A stretch of DNA of 64,000 nucleotides from Chloroflexota bacterium. Lineage in GTDB: Bacteria; Chloroflexota; Limnocylindria; P2-11E. The notes under the pieces were generated by a model. That model was not told the origin of the DNA, did no database searches, and saw nothing but the letters and a program-made list of their open reading frames with translations. The position numbers and the translations under genes were made by a program. Positions 34,795 through 44,720 of this stretch are shown here, in pieces. How positions within the stretch are numbered: position 1 is the stretch's first letter; each line of letters begins with the position of its first letter. The stretch spans positions 51,611 to 115,610 of the forward strand of contig DAIDAP010000032.1 of the NCBI GenBank assembly GCA_027310565.1, read 5' to 3'.

Positions 34795-34829
34795 CCGAGG
34801 CGATCGCGCGCTACAGCGGACGGCGGGCC

Positions 34830-35261
34830 TTAGAGCCTGCGCTCGAGCGCGGTGACGGGCGCGGGCCCGAACCCCATGCGGCGCATGAACGCGTCGATGT
34901 CGGCGTCCTCGCCGCGGACCATCGTGCGCGCGACGTGCGCGCCCTTCGCCTTGAAGCGCGAGGCCAGCGCGTCTATGAGCGCGCGGCCCACGCCGCCGCC
35001 GCGCGCACCGGGGTCGACGCCGAGGAACTCGACCCAGCCGGTCGGCTCCTCCATGCCGAACTCGCCGCCGCGGACCTCCCCGAGCATGAACCCGACCACC
35101 CGCCCGTCGCGCTCCGCGACCTGCGAGGAGTCGGGATCGCGGCGGATGTAGTACGCGACGCGGTCCTCCCAGACCTCCGGGCGGTACCTTCCCGTGATCT
35201 GCTCGTCGATGCGGCAGATCGCCTCGATGTCGAGCTCGGTCACGGGGCGGATCCTCGTCAT
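34830..35261 (-). CDS. GNAT-family N-acetyltransferase
   Basis: LGVDPGARGGGVGRALIDAL acetyl-CoA-binding motif. 4-nt overlap with the upstream GNAT. Confidence 0.8.
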   Translation of the reverse strand: MTRIRPVTELDIEAICRIDEQITGRYRPEVWEDRVAYYIRRDPDSSQVAERDGRVVGFMLGEVRGGEFGMEEPTGWVEFLGVDPGARGGGVGRALIDALASRFKAKGAHVARTMVRGEDADIDAFMRRMGFGPAPVTALERRL

Positions 35262-36121
35262 GGACACGCCGCGAGTATGCCCGGGTCCTCCAGACGCCGC
35301 TCGAACACGAGGATCGCCTCGCGCCAGCGGCGGCGGTACCCGGCGGCGCGGACGGTGCGCCACAGCGGGGCCGGCGGAAGGACCGTGGCGCGCTCGACAC
35401 GCGACCGCCTGGCCTCGCCGCGCAGCGAGGACAGCAGCGCCCGCATCGCGCCGGCCGAGCCGGCGAGCAGCCGGACGCGCAGGCGCGACCTGTGGCCGTG
35501 CGCGCCGCGGGCCGCGCCCTGGACCTCGGCGATGGCGAGCGCGGCCGGGCCGGCGCGCCCGTCGAAGACGAAGCAGCGTCCCAGGCGGATCGCGCGCGCC
35601 ACGTCGGAGCGCGCGAGGCCGCGCCACGCGTAGTCCTCCTGGAGGAGGCGGCCGCGCCCGAGGCTCCAGAGGGCGTCGAGCTCGGCCATCCGCGCGCGGC
35701 GCGGCGGATCGACGGCGGCGGCCGTCGCGCCGTAGGAGGTGGCGCGCTCGACACGGCGGAAGCCGTAGCGGCGCATGAGCCGCAGGACCGCGACGTTGTC
35801 CTCGGAGGTGTCGAGCCGCGCCACACGCGCGCCGAGCCGCCGTGCCCGGGCGAGGCGATGCTCGAGCAGAGCGGTCGCGACGCCGCGGCGGCGGTACGCC
35901 GGATCGACGCGGAGCGCGTGCAGCCAGCACTCGCGGTCGCCCAGGAGCGTGAGCTTCGCGACGCCGACGACACGGCCGTCCTCGACCGCGACCCACAGAC
36001 GCCCGCGACGGTCCCGCACCCACGCGCCGAAGCACTCCGGGAGGTAGTCGTCCTTCCAGATGCGCGCGCAGAGGGCGCGCACGCGGCGCTCGTCGTCGTC
36101 GCGCGCCGCACGGATCCTCAC
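35258..36121 (-). CDS. GNAT-family N-acetyltransferase with a C-terminal extension
   Basis: LRVDPAYRRRGVATALLEHRL motif. Confidence 0.75.
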   Translation of the reverse strand: MRIRAARDDDERRVRALCARIWKDDYLPECFGAWVRDRRGRLWVAVEDGRVVGVAKLTLLGDRECWLHALRVDPAYRRRGVATALLEHRLARARRLGARVARLDTSEDNVAVLRLMRRYGFRRVERATSYGATAAAVDPPRRARMAELDALWSLGRGRLLQEDYAWRGLARSDVARAIRLGRCFVFDGRAGPAALAIAEVQGAARGAHGHRSRLRVRLLAGSAGAMRALLSSLRGEARRSRVERATVLPPAPLWRTVRAAGYRRRWREAILVFERRLEDPGILAACP

Positions 36122-36199
36122 GCGAGATCGCGCGCGGTCGCCGGGCGGGCCTTCGCGTCGGGCATCGCGGGTAGTATCGAGGCGATCCGGCGGACCGGG

Positions 36200-36484
36200 T
36201 CAGTCGGCCGCGAGGATGCGCTCCGCTTCGCTCGCGCGCTCGTCGGCCGTCACGATGACCTCGATGCCGCCGGGGACGAACACGCCGCTGTCGTCGGTGT
36301 GACCGCCGTGCGTGCTCATGGTGATCTGGTCGTCGCCGAACCCGCGAGCCTTGAGCCGCTCGACGGCGCCCTCCGCCTGCCGGCGATCGCGGTAGTCGCG
36401 CCTGACGCGCTCGCCCTGGGTGGCCTCGATGTGCTCCCTGTCGGTCGTCATGCCCGGCACGACAGCAAGCGGCGCGCCAGGCAT
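36200..36484 (-). CDS. Small hypothetical protein (possible YflT-like stress-protein fold)
   Basis: GC3-rich ORF. AEGAVERLKARGFGDDQITM. An internal ATG at 36451 is an alternative start. Confidence 0.45.
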   Translation of the reverse strand: MPGAPLAVVPGMTTDREHIEATQGERVRRDYRDRRQAEGAVERLKARGFGDDQITMSTHGGHTDDSGVFVPGGIEVIVTADERASEAERILAAD

Positions 36485-36500
36485 GACGACGAGCGGCGAC

Positions 36501-37376
36501 TCAGGCAGGCGCCGGTCTGCGGGCGCGCGTGGCGGCCAGGAGGAGGAGCAGCGCGATCAGCGGGATCCAGCCCAAGACGAGCGCCCAGATCGCGGCGTCG
36601 GCGACGACGCGGAAGAGCGCGCCGAGCGCGGCGATCGCCCGCGCGAACGTCACGGACGGGTCCCAGGTGCCCGAGGGGCCGGTCACCGGGACGAGCGGGC
36701 TCACCGAGAGCGTGATCGTCGAGTACTCGATGCGGCTCTTCATCGCGTTGATCTGACCCTGCAGCTGCTCGATCTGCGTGCGCACGTTGAACAGCGCGGT
36801 CTGCACCCTGAGGACCTCGTCGACCGTCGACGCTCGTGCGAGGAGCGCGAGGTAGCTCTGCTCCTCGGCCTGCCTCGCCGCCAGGCGCGCCTGGAGGTCG
36901 ACGAACTGATCGGTCACGTCCTTCGCGTCGACGTTCGAGGCGAGCACCTCGGCGTCGAGCTTCCTCAGCTGCGCGATCGCGTCGTCGAAGCGATCGGACG
37001 GGACGCGCACCGTCAGCACGGCGTTGCGCTGGTCCCCGGAGCCGGTCTCCGACAGGCCGAGCAGGTCGCCGCCGAGGCCCGCCGCGATCGCCCGCGCCTG
37101 ATCCGCGGTCGCCCACGGGTCGCGCGAGCGCATCGAGACGTTCGCGGTGACGATGAGGTCGCGGCCCACGGCGACCACGGTCGGGATGCCCTGATCCGGC
37201 TTGGTCGCGCCGAAATCGCCGGTCTCGGGCGCGTTGGGTGCGGGCGCAGGGGCGCCGACCACGCCTCGGCCGGCGGCGCCCGTGGCGGACGGCCCGGCCG
37301 TCCCGGTAGCGCAGGCCGTCCCCAGGACGGCGGCGAGGATCGCGAGCACGACGAGCGCGCGGCGCATGTGGCTCAC
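36501..37376 (-). CDS. DUF4349-like lipoprotein
   Basis: Lipobox LGTAC, a coiled-coil middle section and a C-terminal TM helix. Confidence 0.7.
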   Translation of the reverse strand: MSHMRRALVVLAILAAVLGTACATGTAGPSATGAAGRGVVGAPAPAPNAPETGDFGATKPDQGIPTVVAVGRDLIVTANVSMRSRDPWATADQARAIAAGLGGDLLGLSETGSGDQRNAVLTVRVPSDRFDDAIAQLRKLDAEVLASNVDAKDVTDQFVDLQARLAARQAEEQSYLALLARASTVDEVLRVQTALFNVRTQIEQLQGQINAMKSRIEYSTITLSVSPLVPVTGPSGTWDPSVTFARAIAALGALFRVVADAAIWALVLGWIPLIALLLLLAATRARRPAPA

Positions 37377-38194
37377 CTGCTTTCAGTGCTGTCCGCAGGT
37401 ACGACGCCGGAGCCGGCCGCGCGGTTCCCCTGGTCCCAGCGCGGCCCGAACAGCCGTCGGGCATTCGCCGACACGGCGGCGCCGAGAGCGTCCGGCGCCA
37501 TGCCCCGCGCCGTCGCGAGCGCCGCCGCGCTCTCGACCGCGAACGCCGGCTCGTTGCGGCGCCCGCGGCGGGTCAGCGGCGCGAGGTACGGCGCGTCGGT
37601 CTCGACGAGGATGCGGTCGAGCGGGACGACCCCCGCCGCGGCGCGGAGCGCCTCGTTCTTCGCGTAGGTCACCGTCCCCGCGAACGAGACGTACAGCCCC
37701 CGGCGCACCCACTCCGCGGCATCGGCGGGCCCCTCGCTGAAGCAGTGGACCATCCCGCGGACGCCCGGCACGCGGTCGACGAGGGCTCGCGCGAGCGGTC
37801 CCGCGTCGCGCACGTGGATCACCGCCGGAAGGTCGAGCGCTCGCGCGAGCTCGAGCTGCGCGACGAACGCGCGCTCCTGCGCCGCGCGCGGTCCGCTGCG
37901 CCCGGACAGGTCCACGCCGATCTCGCCGATCGCGACGACGCGCGCGTCGCGCGCGAGCGCGCGCAGCGTCCGCGCGGCCGCGTCGCTCCACGACGCCGCG
38001 TGATGGGGATGGACGCCGACGGCCGCGCGTACCGCGGCGTGCCGCGCCGCGAGCGCGATCGTCGCGGCGCTCGACGGCACGTCCTCGCCGCAGGAGAGGA
38101 TGCGCTCGACGCCGGCGGCCGCGGCCCGCGCGAGCACCTCGTCGAGGTCGTCGGCGAAGCGGCCGTCGACGAGGTGCGCGTGTGCGTCGATCAC
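37373..38194 (-). CDS. tatD: TatD-family metal-dependent hydrolase (start GTG 38194 preferred; ATG 38218 or GTG 38260 possible)
   Basis: VIDAHAHLVDG N-terminus, HPHHA, and AIGEIGVD... motifs. Confidence 0.85.
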   Translation of the reverse strand: MIDAHAHLVDGRFADDLDEVLARAAAAGVERILSCGEDVPSSAATIALAARHAAVRAAVGVHPHHAASWSDAAARTLRALARDARVVAIGEIGVDLSGRSGPRAAQERAFVAQLELARALDLPAVIHVRDAGPLARALVDRVPGVRGMVHCFSEGPADAAEWVRRGLYVSFAGTVTYAKNEALRAAAGVVPLDRILVETDAPYLAPLTRRGRRNEPAFAVESAAALATARGMAPDALGAAVSANARRLFGPRWDQGNRAAGSGVVPADSTESR

Positions 38195-38200
38195 GGTCAC

Positions 38201-38210
38201 AGGGTAGGGT
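38201..38210. promoter_or_regulatory. Overlapping divergent -10 hexamers AGGGTAGGGT (TACCCT for tatD, TAGGGT for metG), each 6 nt from a start codon
   Basis: TAGGGT at 38205-38210, then 6 nt, then ATG 38217. TACCCT (reverse complement of 38201-38206), then 6 nt, then GTG 38194. Confidence 0.45.
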
Positions 38211-38216
38211 TTGCCC

Positions 38217-40013
38217 ATGTCGGGCCGGCGCGTCCTGGTGGCGGTGGCGTGGCCGTACACGAACGGTCCGCGTCACCTCGGACACGTCGCCGGGTTCGGC
38301 ATCCCGTCGGACATCTTCGCCCGCTACCACCGGCTCGCCGGCGACGACGTCCTCATGGTGAGCGGCACCGACGAGCACGGCACGCCGAACCTCATCATCG
38401 CGGACCGCGAGGGCCTCACGCCGCGCCAGGCGGTGGACAAGTACAGCCGCATCATCGCGACGGACCTGCGCGATCTCGGTCTGACGTACGACTGCTTCAC
38501 GCGCACGACGACGAGCAATCACTACCGCGTCGCCCAGGACGTCTTCAAGACCCTCTACGAGAAGGGCTACCTGTTCGAGCGCAGCGCCATGGGCGCCTTC
38601 CAGGCGTCGACCGGCCGGACGCTCCCCGATCGCTACATCGAGGGCACCTGCCCGTACTGCGGGTTCCCCGACGCGCGCGGCGATCAGTGCGACAACTGCC
38701 TGCGGCAGCTCGACCCCGACCAGCTCATCGACCCGCGCTCGCGGATCGACGGCACGGCACCGGTCTTCAAGGAGAGCGAGCACTTCTACCTCGACCTTCC
38801 CGCGTTCGCGGAGCAGCTCGCCGCCTGGATCGGGAAGCAGGAGCACTGGCGGCCCAACGTCCGCAACTTCTCGCTCAACTACGTGCGGGACCTGAGGCCT
38901 CGCGCGGTGACGCGCGACATCGACTGGGGGGTCCCGATCCCGCTCCCCGGGTGGGAGGACCGGCCCGACAAGCGGATGTACGTGTGGTTCGATGCCGTCA
39001 TCGGATACCTCTCCGCGGCGGTCGAATGGGCGATCGACGTCGGCCGCCCCGAGGCGTGGCGCGACTGGTGGCAGAACGAGGAGGCGCGGCACTTCTACTT
39101 CATGGGCAAGGACAACATCGTCTTCCATACGACGATCTGGCCCGCGATCCTGCTCGGGTACGGCAACGGGGGCGCGGTGGCCGGCGGTCGCGGCCGGCCG
39201 CTCGACCTTCCGTACAACGTCGTGTCGAGCGAGTTCCTCACGATGGAGGGGAGGAAGTTCTCGTCCAGCCGCGGCGTCGCGATCTACGTGAACGACTTCC
39301 TGACGCGCTACGACGCCGACGCCCTCCGCTACTACCTCACCGTCGGCGGCCCGGAGGTCCAGGACACCGACTTCACCTGGGCCGACTTCGTGCGGCGCAA
39401 CAACGACGAGCTCGTCGCGACGTGGGGCAACCTCGTGCACCGCACGCTGACCACGACGCACCGCCGCTTCGGCGCCGTCCCTGCCCCGGCGCGGCTGCTG
39501 GAGCCGGACCGCGTCCTCATCGACCAAGTCGCGCTCGGCTACGCGACCGTCGGCGAGGCGATCGAGCACACCCGCTTCCGCGCCGGGCTCCTCGAGGCGA
39601 TGCGCCTCGCGACACTCGTGAACCAGTACCTCACCCAGACCGAGCCGTGGAAGCTCATGAGCACCGACCGCGAGCGCGCCGGCACCGTCCTCTACACCGC
39701 GCTGCGCTGCATCGACGACCTCAAGGTCCTCATGACGCCCTACCTGCCCTTCGCGAGCCAGCGGCTGCACGAGAGCCTCGGCTACGCCGGGACGATCGCG
39801 GGCGGTCCGGTCTTCCGGACGGTCACCGAGGCGGACGGCTCGCGGCACGACATCCTGACCGGCGCCTACGGCACGTGGACGGGACGCTGGCGGCCCACCG
39901 AGCTTCCCGTCGGGCAGCCGATCCCGGAGCCGAAGGCGCTCTTCAAGAAGCTGGACGAATCGGTCGTCGCGGACGAGCTCGCGCGGATGGAGCGTCGAGC
40001 CTCGGAGGCGTGA
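38217..40013 (+). CDS. metG: Methionine--tRNA ligase
   Basis: [12 protein letters not shown] (HIGH), CPYCG...CDNC zinc knuckle, KFSSSRG (KMSKS). Confidence 0.95.
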   Translation: MSGRRVLVAVAWPYTNGPRHLGHVAGFGIPSDIFARYHRLAGDDVLMVSGTDEHGTPNLIIADREGLTPRQAVDKYSRIIATDLRDLGLTYDCFTRTTTSNHYRVAQDVFKTLYEKGYLFERSAMGAFQASTGRTLPDRYIEGTCPYCGFPDARGDQCDNCLRQLDPDQLIDPRSRIDGTAPVFKESEHFYLDLPAFAEQLAAWIGKQEHWRPNVRNFSLNYVRDLRPRAVTRDIDWGVPIPLPGWEDRPDKRMYVWFDAVIGYLSAAVEWAIDVGRPEAWRDWWQNEEARHFYFMGKDNIVFHTTIWPAILLGYGNGGAVAGGRGRPLDLPYNVVSSEFLTMEGRKFSSSRGVAIYVNDFLTRYDADALRYYLTVGGPEVQDTDFTWADFVRRNNDELVATWGNLVHRTLTTTHRRFGAVPAPARLLEPDRVLIDQVALGYATVGEAIEHTRFRAGLLEAMRLATLVNQYLTQTEPWKLMSTDRERAGTVLYTALRCIDDLKVLMTPYLPFASQRLHESLGYAGTIAGGPVFRTVTEADGSRHDILTGAYGTWTGRWRPTELPVGQPIPEPKALFKKLDESVVADELARMERRASEA

Positions 40014-40034
40014 CCGCCTCCGTGACCCTGACGG

Positions 40035-41159
40035 TCACAGCGGGACCTGCGGAACCTCCGCGATGGTCTCGCCGGCGACGTGGTCCACGACCGCGTGGAG
40101 ATGGCCGGTCCGCGCGAAGACCGCGAGCTGGCGGTCCGCGCTCGTCCCCTCACGCGCGATCGTCTCCAGGTACTCGACCTCGCGGCGCGACCCCAGCGCG
40201 TCGACCACGTCGTCCACGAACTCCAGCAGCTCGACGGCGAGGTCGCGCATCGGCTTCTCGACCTCCTGCCCGAAGTCGATGAGCTTCGCGTCCATCCCGC
40301 CGCGCACCGCGCGCCACTTGTTCTCCTGGATGAGAGTCGGGAGGTAGCGCCGAAAGCCGAGGTTGCGCTCGCGCAGCACGAGGAGCTTCGCGCAGATCGC
40401 CTGCGTGAGGGCGGCGATGCAGAGCGTCTCCTCGACCCGCGTCGCCGCGTCGCAGATGCGGAACTCGATCGTCGGGTAGAAGGCGTGCGGGCGCAGGTCC
40501 CACCAGATCTTCTTCCCGTCGTCGATGCAGTTCGTGCGCACGAGCAGCTCGACGTAGTTCTCGAACTCGTCGTACGAGGCGAACTCGGGCGGGATGCCCG
40601 TGCGCGGGAAGCGCTGCCAGACGATCTGCCGGTACGACTTCAGGCCGGTCGTGCGCGTGAGCCAGAACGGGCTCGACGTGGAGATGGCCAGCAGGTGCGG
40701 CAGGAAGTAGCGCGCCTCGTTCATCACCTCGATGCGCCGCTCGCGGTCGGGGATGCCGACGTGGACGTGCAGCCCGAAGATGAGCAGCTCGCGGATGACG
40801 TCCTGGAGCTCCTCCTCGAGGACCTTGTAGCGCTCGTGCTCGGTGACCTGCTGGTCCTGCCAGTGCGAGAAGGGATGGGTGCCGGCGGACGCGATGCGCA
40901 GCCCGGCCGGGCGCAGCAGCGCCGCCAGCGTGCCGCGCAGGCGCAGCACCTCCTCGCGCATCTCGCTCACGTCGGCGCAGATCTTCGTCCCGACCTCGAC
41001 GACCGACTGGAGCATCTCGGGCTTCACCTGCTCGCCCAGGTGCGGCCGCGCCGCGGTGAGCAGCGTGTCGATGTGGCTCCGCAGCTGCCCCTCGGCGTCG
41101 ACGATCTGGAACTCCTCCTCGACGCCGATCGTGAGCCGCGGGACGTCGGCGGTCCTCAT
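40035..41159 (-). CDS. Carboxylate-amine ligase, YbdK/GCS2 family
   Basis: LTIGVEEEFQIVD...GLHVHVGIPD...WWDLRPH..PTIEFRICD. Confidence 0.85.
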   Translation of the reverse strand: MRTADVPRLTIGVEEEFQIVDAEGQLRSHIDTLLTAARPHLGEQVKPEMLQSVVEVGTKICADVSEMREEVLRLRGTLAALLRPAGLRIASAGTHPFSHWQDQQVTEHERYKVLEEELQDVIRELLIFGLHVHVGIPDRERRIEVMNEARYFLPHLLAISTSSPFWLTRTTGLKSYRQIVWQRFPRTGIPPEFASYDEFENYVELLVRTNCIDDGKKIWWDLRPHAFYPTIEFRICDAATRVEETLCIAALTQAICAKLLVLRERNLGFRRYLPTLIQENKWRAVRGGMDAKLIDFGQEVEKPMRDLAVELLEFVDDVVDALGSRREVEYLETIAREGTSADRQLAVFARTGHLHAVVDHVAGETIAEVPQVPL

Positions 41160-42490
41160 GCGACGCCCTCCACCACGTACGTCGGCACGACGCTCCCGGC
41201 GCCGGCGGTGACGTTGAGCAGGGCGCTCGACGAGAGGCGCGTGAGGACGCCGCCGACCTTCCCCCAGAACAGGTACGGGTCGCAGTCGACGGCGAGGTCG
41301 AGGAAGTGCGTCCGGTCGAGGAGCACGGGGAACGGCTCGCGCGGCACCCCGACGCGCTCCTGCACCACGTACGACGACGTGAGCGCGGCGAGCAGCGCCT
41401 GCTCCCACTCATGGCCGTCGACGGTCCAGCCCAGGACGACGCCCTTGCCGCCGTACTCGTCGTTCGGCTTCAGCACGAGCCCGTCCTTCGCGCCCAGGAC
41501 GTGCTCGGCGAGGTCCACGACCCGGCCGCGGTACGTCGTGTGGCCCTCGCGCACCTTGCGCGTCCACGGGACGTGCCGCGCGATGATGCGCCGCTGCGCC
41601 GGTGTGTAGAGCGCGGCGTAGCGGTCGTCCGACAGCAGCGCGAGGCTCATCTTCTTGTGCAGCAGCTTCGCGCGGAACGAGTTCACGACCGTGACGTCGC
41701 CGGCCAGGTACGCCCGCAGCAGGGGCCGCGCGAGCGCCGGCCGCGCGAGGAGCTCCGACAGCAGCACGCGGCGGTACACGACGTCCACGTCGACGCCGGC
41801 CGCGCGGAGCCGGCCGGCCCGGTAGCGCAGGTCCTCCGGCGCGCAGATCACCGTGCGCGCGCCGGCATCGGTGAACAGGCGCTGGAACATCTCGAACTCG
41901 GTGAGCGTCGGCAGGTCGCGCCAGTCGACGATCGCGATCGACCGGATGCGCCGGCCGCGTGCGCGGCGCAGCACGGTGAGCTGCCGCCGCGCGACGCGCA
42001 GCGGACGGGCGCGGTAGCGGCGCCGGAAGGCGCGCAGCGCGGGCATCCGCTCGAAGACGGACACGAGCACGTCGTTGTACGCCATGCCGGCCGGCGACTC
42101 GGCGTTGTACTCGACGTAGCGGATGACGCCGCCCGACACGAACCCGTCGAGCCGGGCCGACGGCGAGGCCGCGCGGTAGCCGGGATCGGCGAGCGCCAGC
42201 CGCTCCTCCTCGGGCGAGAGGTCGAGCTCGCGGCGCAGGTCCTCGTCCCGGAGCAGCGCGCGCTCGAGCCGCTGGAGGGCCGCGTACAGCGCCTCGGACG
42301 CGCCGGCGTTCGCCGTGAGCTGCCGGCGGTCGACGAGGTTCGGCCGCAGCGAGACGCACAGCGGCCGCTCGCCGAACATGGCGCGCGCGGCACGCTGGCC
42401 GTCGGTGAGCACCTCCGCGCTCGCGGCGGCGACGGCGGCGTCGTCGAACGCGGCGTGGTACGCGGCGATGACCCGTGCGAGCCGGCTCAC
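41156..42490 (-). CDS. Circularly permuted type-2 ATP-grasp protein
   Basis: VEYNAESPAGMAYND...LVLKPNDEYGGKGVVLGW...YVVQERV. GTGA overlap upstream and ATGA overlap downstream. Confidence 0.65.
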   Translation of the reverse strand: MSRLARVIAAYHAAFDDAAVAAASAEVLTDGQRAARAMFGERPLCVSLRPNLVDRRQLTANAGASEALYAALQRLERALLRDEDLRRELDLSPEEERLALADPGYRAASPSARLDGFVSGGVIRYVEYNAESPAGMAYNDVLVSVFERMPALRAFRRRYRARPLRVARRQLTVLRRARGRRIRSIAIVDWRDLPTLTEFEMFQRLFTDAGARTVICAPEDLRYRAGRLRAAGVDVDVVYRRVLLSELLARPALARPLLRAYLAGDVTVVNSFRAKLLHKKMSLALLSDDRYAALYTPAQRRIIARHVPWTRKVREGHTTYRGRVVDLAEHVLGAKDGLVLKPNDEYGGKGVVLGWTVDGHEWEQALLAALTSSYVVQERVGVPREPFPVLLDRTHFLDLAVDCDPYLFWGKVGGVLTRLSSSALLNVTAGAGSVVPTYVVEGVA

Positions 42491-43449
42491 CGCGGGATGA
42501 GACGCGCCCAGCGCCACTCGTCGCGCCACGGCGGCCGAGCCGCGCCGGCCGCATAGCCGAGGACGAGGTCGCTCATCCGGTCGACCGCCCACCCGAACGC
42601 CGCCTCCTTCACCGAGAACGAGTCGAGGTCCGGCGCCGGGTTCAGGAAGTCGATCGCGTAGAGCACGCCGTCGCGCACCGCGAACTCCACCGTGTCCATG
42701 TCGTAGCCGAGCGCGTCGACGAGCAGCGTCGCGTCGTGGATCGCGCGCTCGCGCAGGTCGTCCTCCAGCGGGCGATCGACGACGTAGCGCTCGTGGAACG
42801 GCGCGGTGGGGTCGTACCGGATCGGGAGGACGTCCTTGCGGCCGATGCAGATGCAGCGCACGTAGTCCTGCCAGCGGATGAACTCCTGCAGGATCATCGT
42901 CTTCGGCCGGTGCCCGGGCACGAGCGTGCCGGACTGGTCGAACGCCCAGAGCAGCTCGTCCTTCGAGTCGACCTTGTACACGTCCTTCCAGCCGCCGCCG
43001 GTGTTCGGCTTGAGGATCGCCGGCAGCCCGACGTAGTCGAGCATCCCGTCCCAATCGAGCGGGTACTCCAGGTTCCGCAGCGAGCCCTCGCTGATGTCGG
43101 GGATGTACGACTTGTTCGGCAGCACCACGGTCTTCGGCACGGCGACGCCGAGGCGCCGCGCGAGCGTGCATTCGAGGAACTTCTCGTCCGCCTCCCACCA
43201 GAACGGGTCGTTCACGACGATCGTGCCCTGGAGCACCGCGCTCTTGAGGTGCGCGCGGTAGTACGGCACCTCGTGGCTGATGCGATCGACGATCACGGCG
43301 TAGCGCGGCTCCTCGAGCTCGCGGGCGCCGCCGAGCATGGCCATCTCCGCACGCACGTCGTGAGCGGCCCCCTTGCGGTTGACCGCGTCGATGAACGCGG
43401 GCGGGAACGTGTTCTCACGGCCGACGATGATCCCCACGAGCTTCGTCAC
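42487..43449 (-). CDS. ATP-grasp domain protein (RimK-like topology)
   Basis: GLPAILKPNTGGGWKDVYKV...MILQEFI...YAIDFLN. Confidence 0.7.
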   Translation of the reverse strand: MTKLVGIIVGRENTFPPAFIDAVNRKGAAHDVRAEMAMLGGARELEEPRYAVIVDRISHEVPYYRAHLKSAVLQGTIVVNDPFWWEADEKFLECTLARRLGVAVPKTVVLPNKSYIPDISEGSLRNLEYPLDWDGMLDYVGLPAILKPNTGGGWKDVYKVDSKDELLWAFDQSGTLVPGHRPKTMILQEFIRWQDYVRCICIGRKDVLPIRYDPTAPFHERYVVDRPLEDDLRERAIHDATLLVDALGYDMDTVEFAVRDGVLYAIDFLNPAPDLDSFSVKEAAFGWAVDRMSDLVLGYAAGAARPPWRDEWRWARLIPR

Positions 43450-44153
43450 AGCAGCGCGTCCACCATCTCCTTCCAGTAGGGCCAGTCGTGCGCCCAGCCG
43501 TCCCAGAGGTGCAGCGTCGCGGGCACGGACTTGCCCCGCAACAGGCCCGCGATCCGCCGCGACTCCTCGACGTTCGGGTCGTCGCGCCCCGTCGCGATCA
43601 CCACCTCGGTCGCGCGCAGCGGCGCGAGGTAGCGCTCGTCCGTGAGCCCGGGCAGGAACGCGAGCGGGTTCACGAAGTACGCGTCGCCCTCAGCGCAACC
43701 GTCGAGCCAGCGCGCGGCGTCGTAGGCGCCGGAGAGCCCCACCGCCTTCCGTGCGATCCCGGGCCGGCGTGTCACGAACGCGAGCGCGTGGAACGCCCCC
43801 AGCGATGCGCCGAGCGCCGTCAGGTGGTCGGCCCCCTTCGCGGCACCGAGCGCCGGCAGCACCTCGTCCACGATGTAGCGCTCGTAGGCGAGATGCCGGC
43901 GGGCGCGCTCCTGCGGGCCCTTCCCCCGGTCGTAGAACGACTCGGCGTCGACGCTGTCCACGCACCAGAGGTGCAGCAGGCCCTCCTCGATGCGGCGCTC
44001 CAGGTGCGCGACCATCCCGAAGTCCTCCCACTGGTAGAAGCGGCCCATCGAGGTCGGGAAGACGAGCACCGGCACGCCGCTCGAGCCGAACACGAGCAGC
44101 TCCATCTCGCGCTCGAGCGCCGGGCTCCACCACGTGCGGTACTCGCGGTTCAC
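43446..44153 (-). CDS. Esterase-family alpha/beta hydrolase
   Basis: Nucleophile elbow GASLGAF. Esterase-D-like N-terminus WWSPALEREMELLVFG. Confidence 0.7.
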   Translation of the reverse strand: MNREYRTWWSPALEREMELLVFGSSGVPVLVFPTSMGRFYQWEDFGMVAHLERRIEEGLLHLWCVDSVDAESFYDRGKGPQERARRHLAYERYIVDEVLPALGAAKGADHLTALGASLGAFHALAFVTRRPGIARKAVGLSGAYDAARWLDGCAEGDAYFVNPLAFLPGLTDERYLAPLRATEVVIATGRDDPNVEESRRIAGLLRGKSVPATLHLWDGWAHDWPYWKEMVDALL

Positions 44154-44674
44154 CCGGCTGCGCCCCTGCGCCGGAAGCGCTGGATGAGCGCCCAGGCCGT
44201 GCGCGAGCCGCGCCAGCCGGAGAGCTGGACCGGCGACCCTTCGAGCTCCTTGTACGACGCGAAGAACATCTCGATCTCGCGCAGCCAGTGCGGCGCGAGG
44301 TCCCTCAGCTCGCGGACCTCGTCGAAACGCGGGTCGCCGAGCGGGACGGCGAGGATCTTCTGGTCCGTCCCCTTCTCGTCGTGCATGAGCAGCGTGCCGA
44401 TCGGCCGCGCCGGGAGCACGCAGCCGGGGAACGTCGGCTCCTCGACCACGACGAGCGCGTCGAGCGGATCGCCGTCGTCCGCGAGCGTGTCGGGGATGAA
44501 GCCGTAGTCCGCGGGGTAGTGCACCGACGAGTAGAGCACGCGGTCGACGCGGATCCGCCCGGTCGCCTTGTCGAGCTCGTATTTCGTCCGTGACCCCTTC
44601 GGGATCTCGACGAACACGTCGACCGACCGGCGCGCGCGCCCCGCGGGCTCCCCCTTTGCCACTCCCGCGAGCAT
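44150..44674 (-). CDS. ppa: Inorganic pyrophosphatase (family I)
   Basis: VEIPKGSRTKYELD...YPADYGFIPDTLADDGDPLDALV. Confidence 0.9.
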   Translation of the reverse strand: MLAGVAKGEPAGRARRSVDVFVEIPKGSRTKYELDKATGRIRVDRVLYSSVHYPADYGFIPDTLADDGDPLDALVVVEEPTFPGCVLPARPIGTLLMHDEKGTDQKILAVPLGDPRFDEVRELRDLAPHWLREIEMFFASYKELEGSPVQLSGWRGSRTAWALIQRFRRRGAAG

Positions 44675-44720
44675 ACGAGCGACGCGCCCTGACGGCGCGG
44701 CCGCTCGGGCTCGCGGCGGA

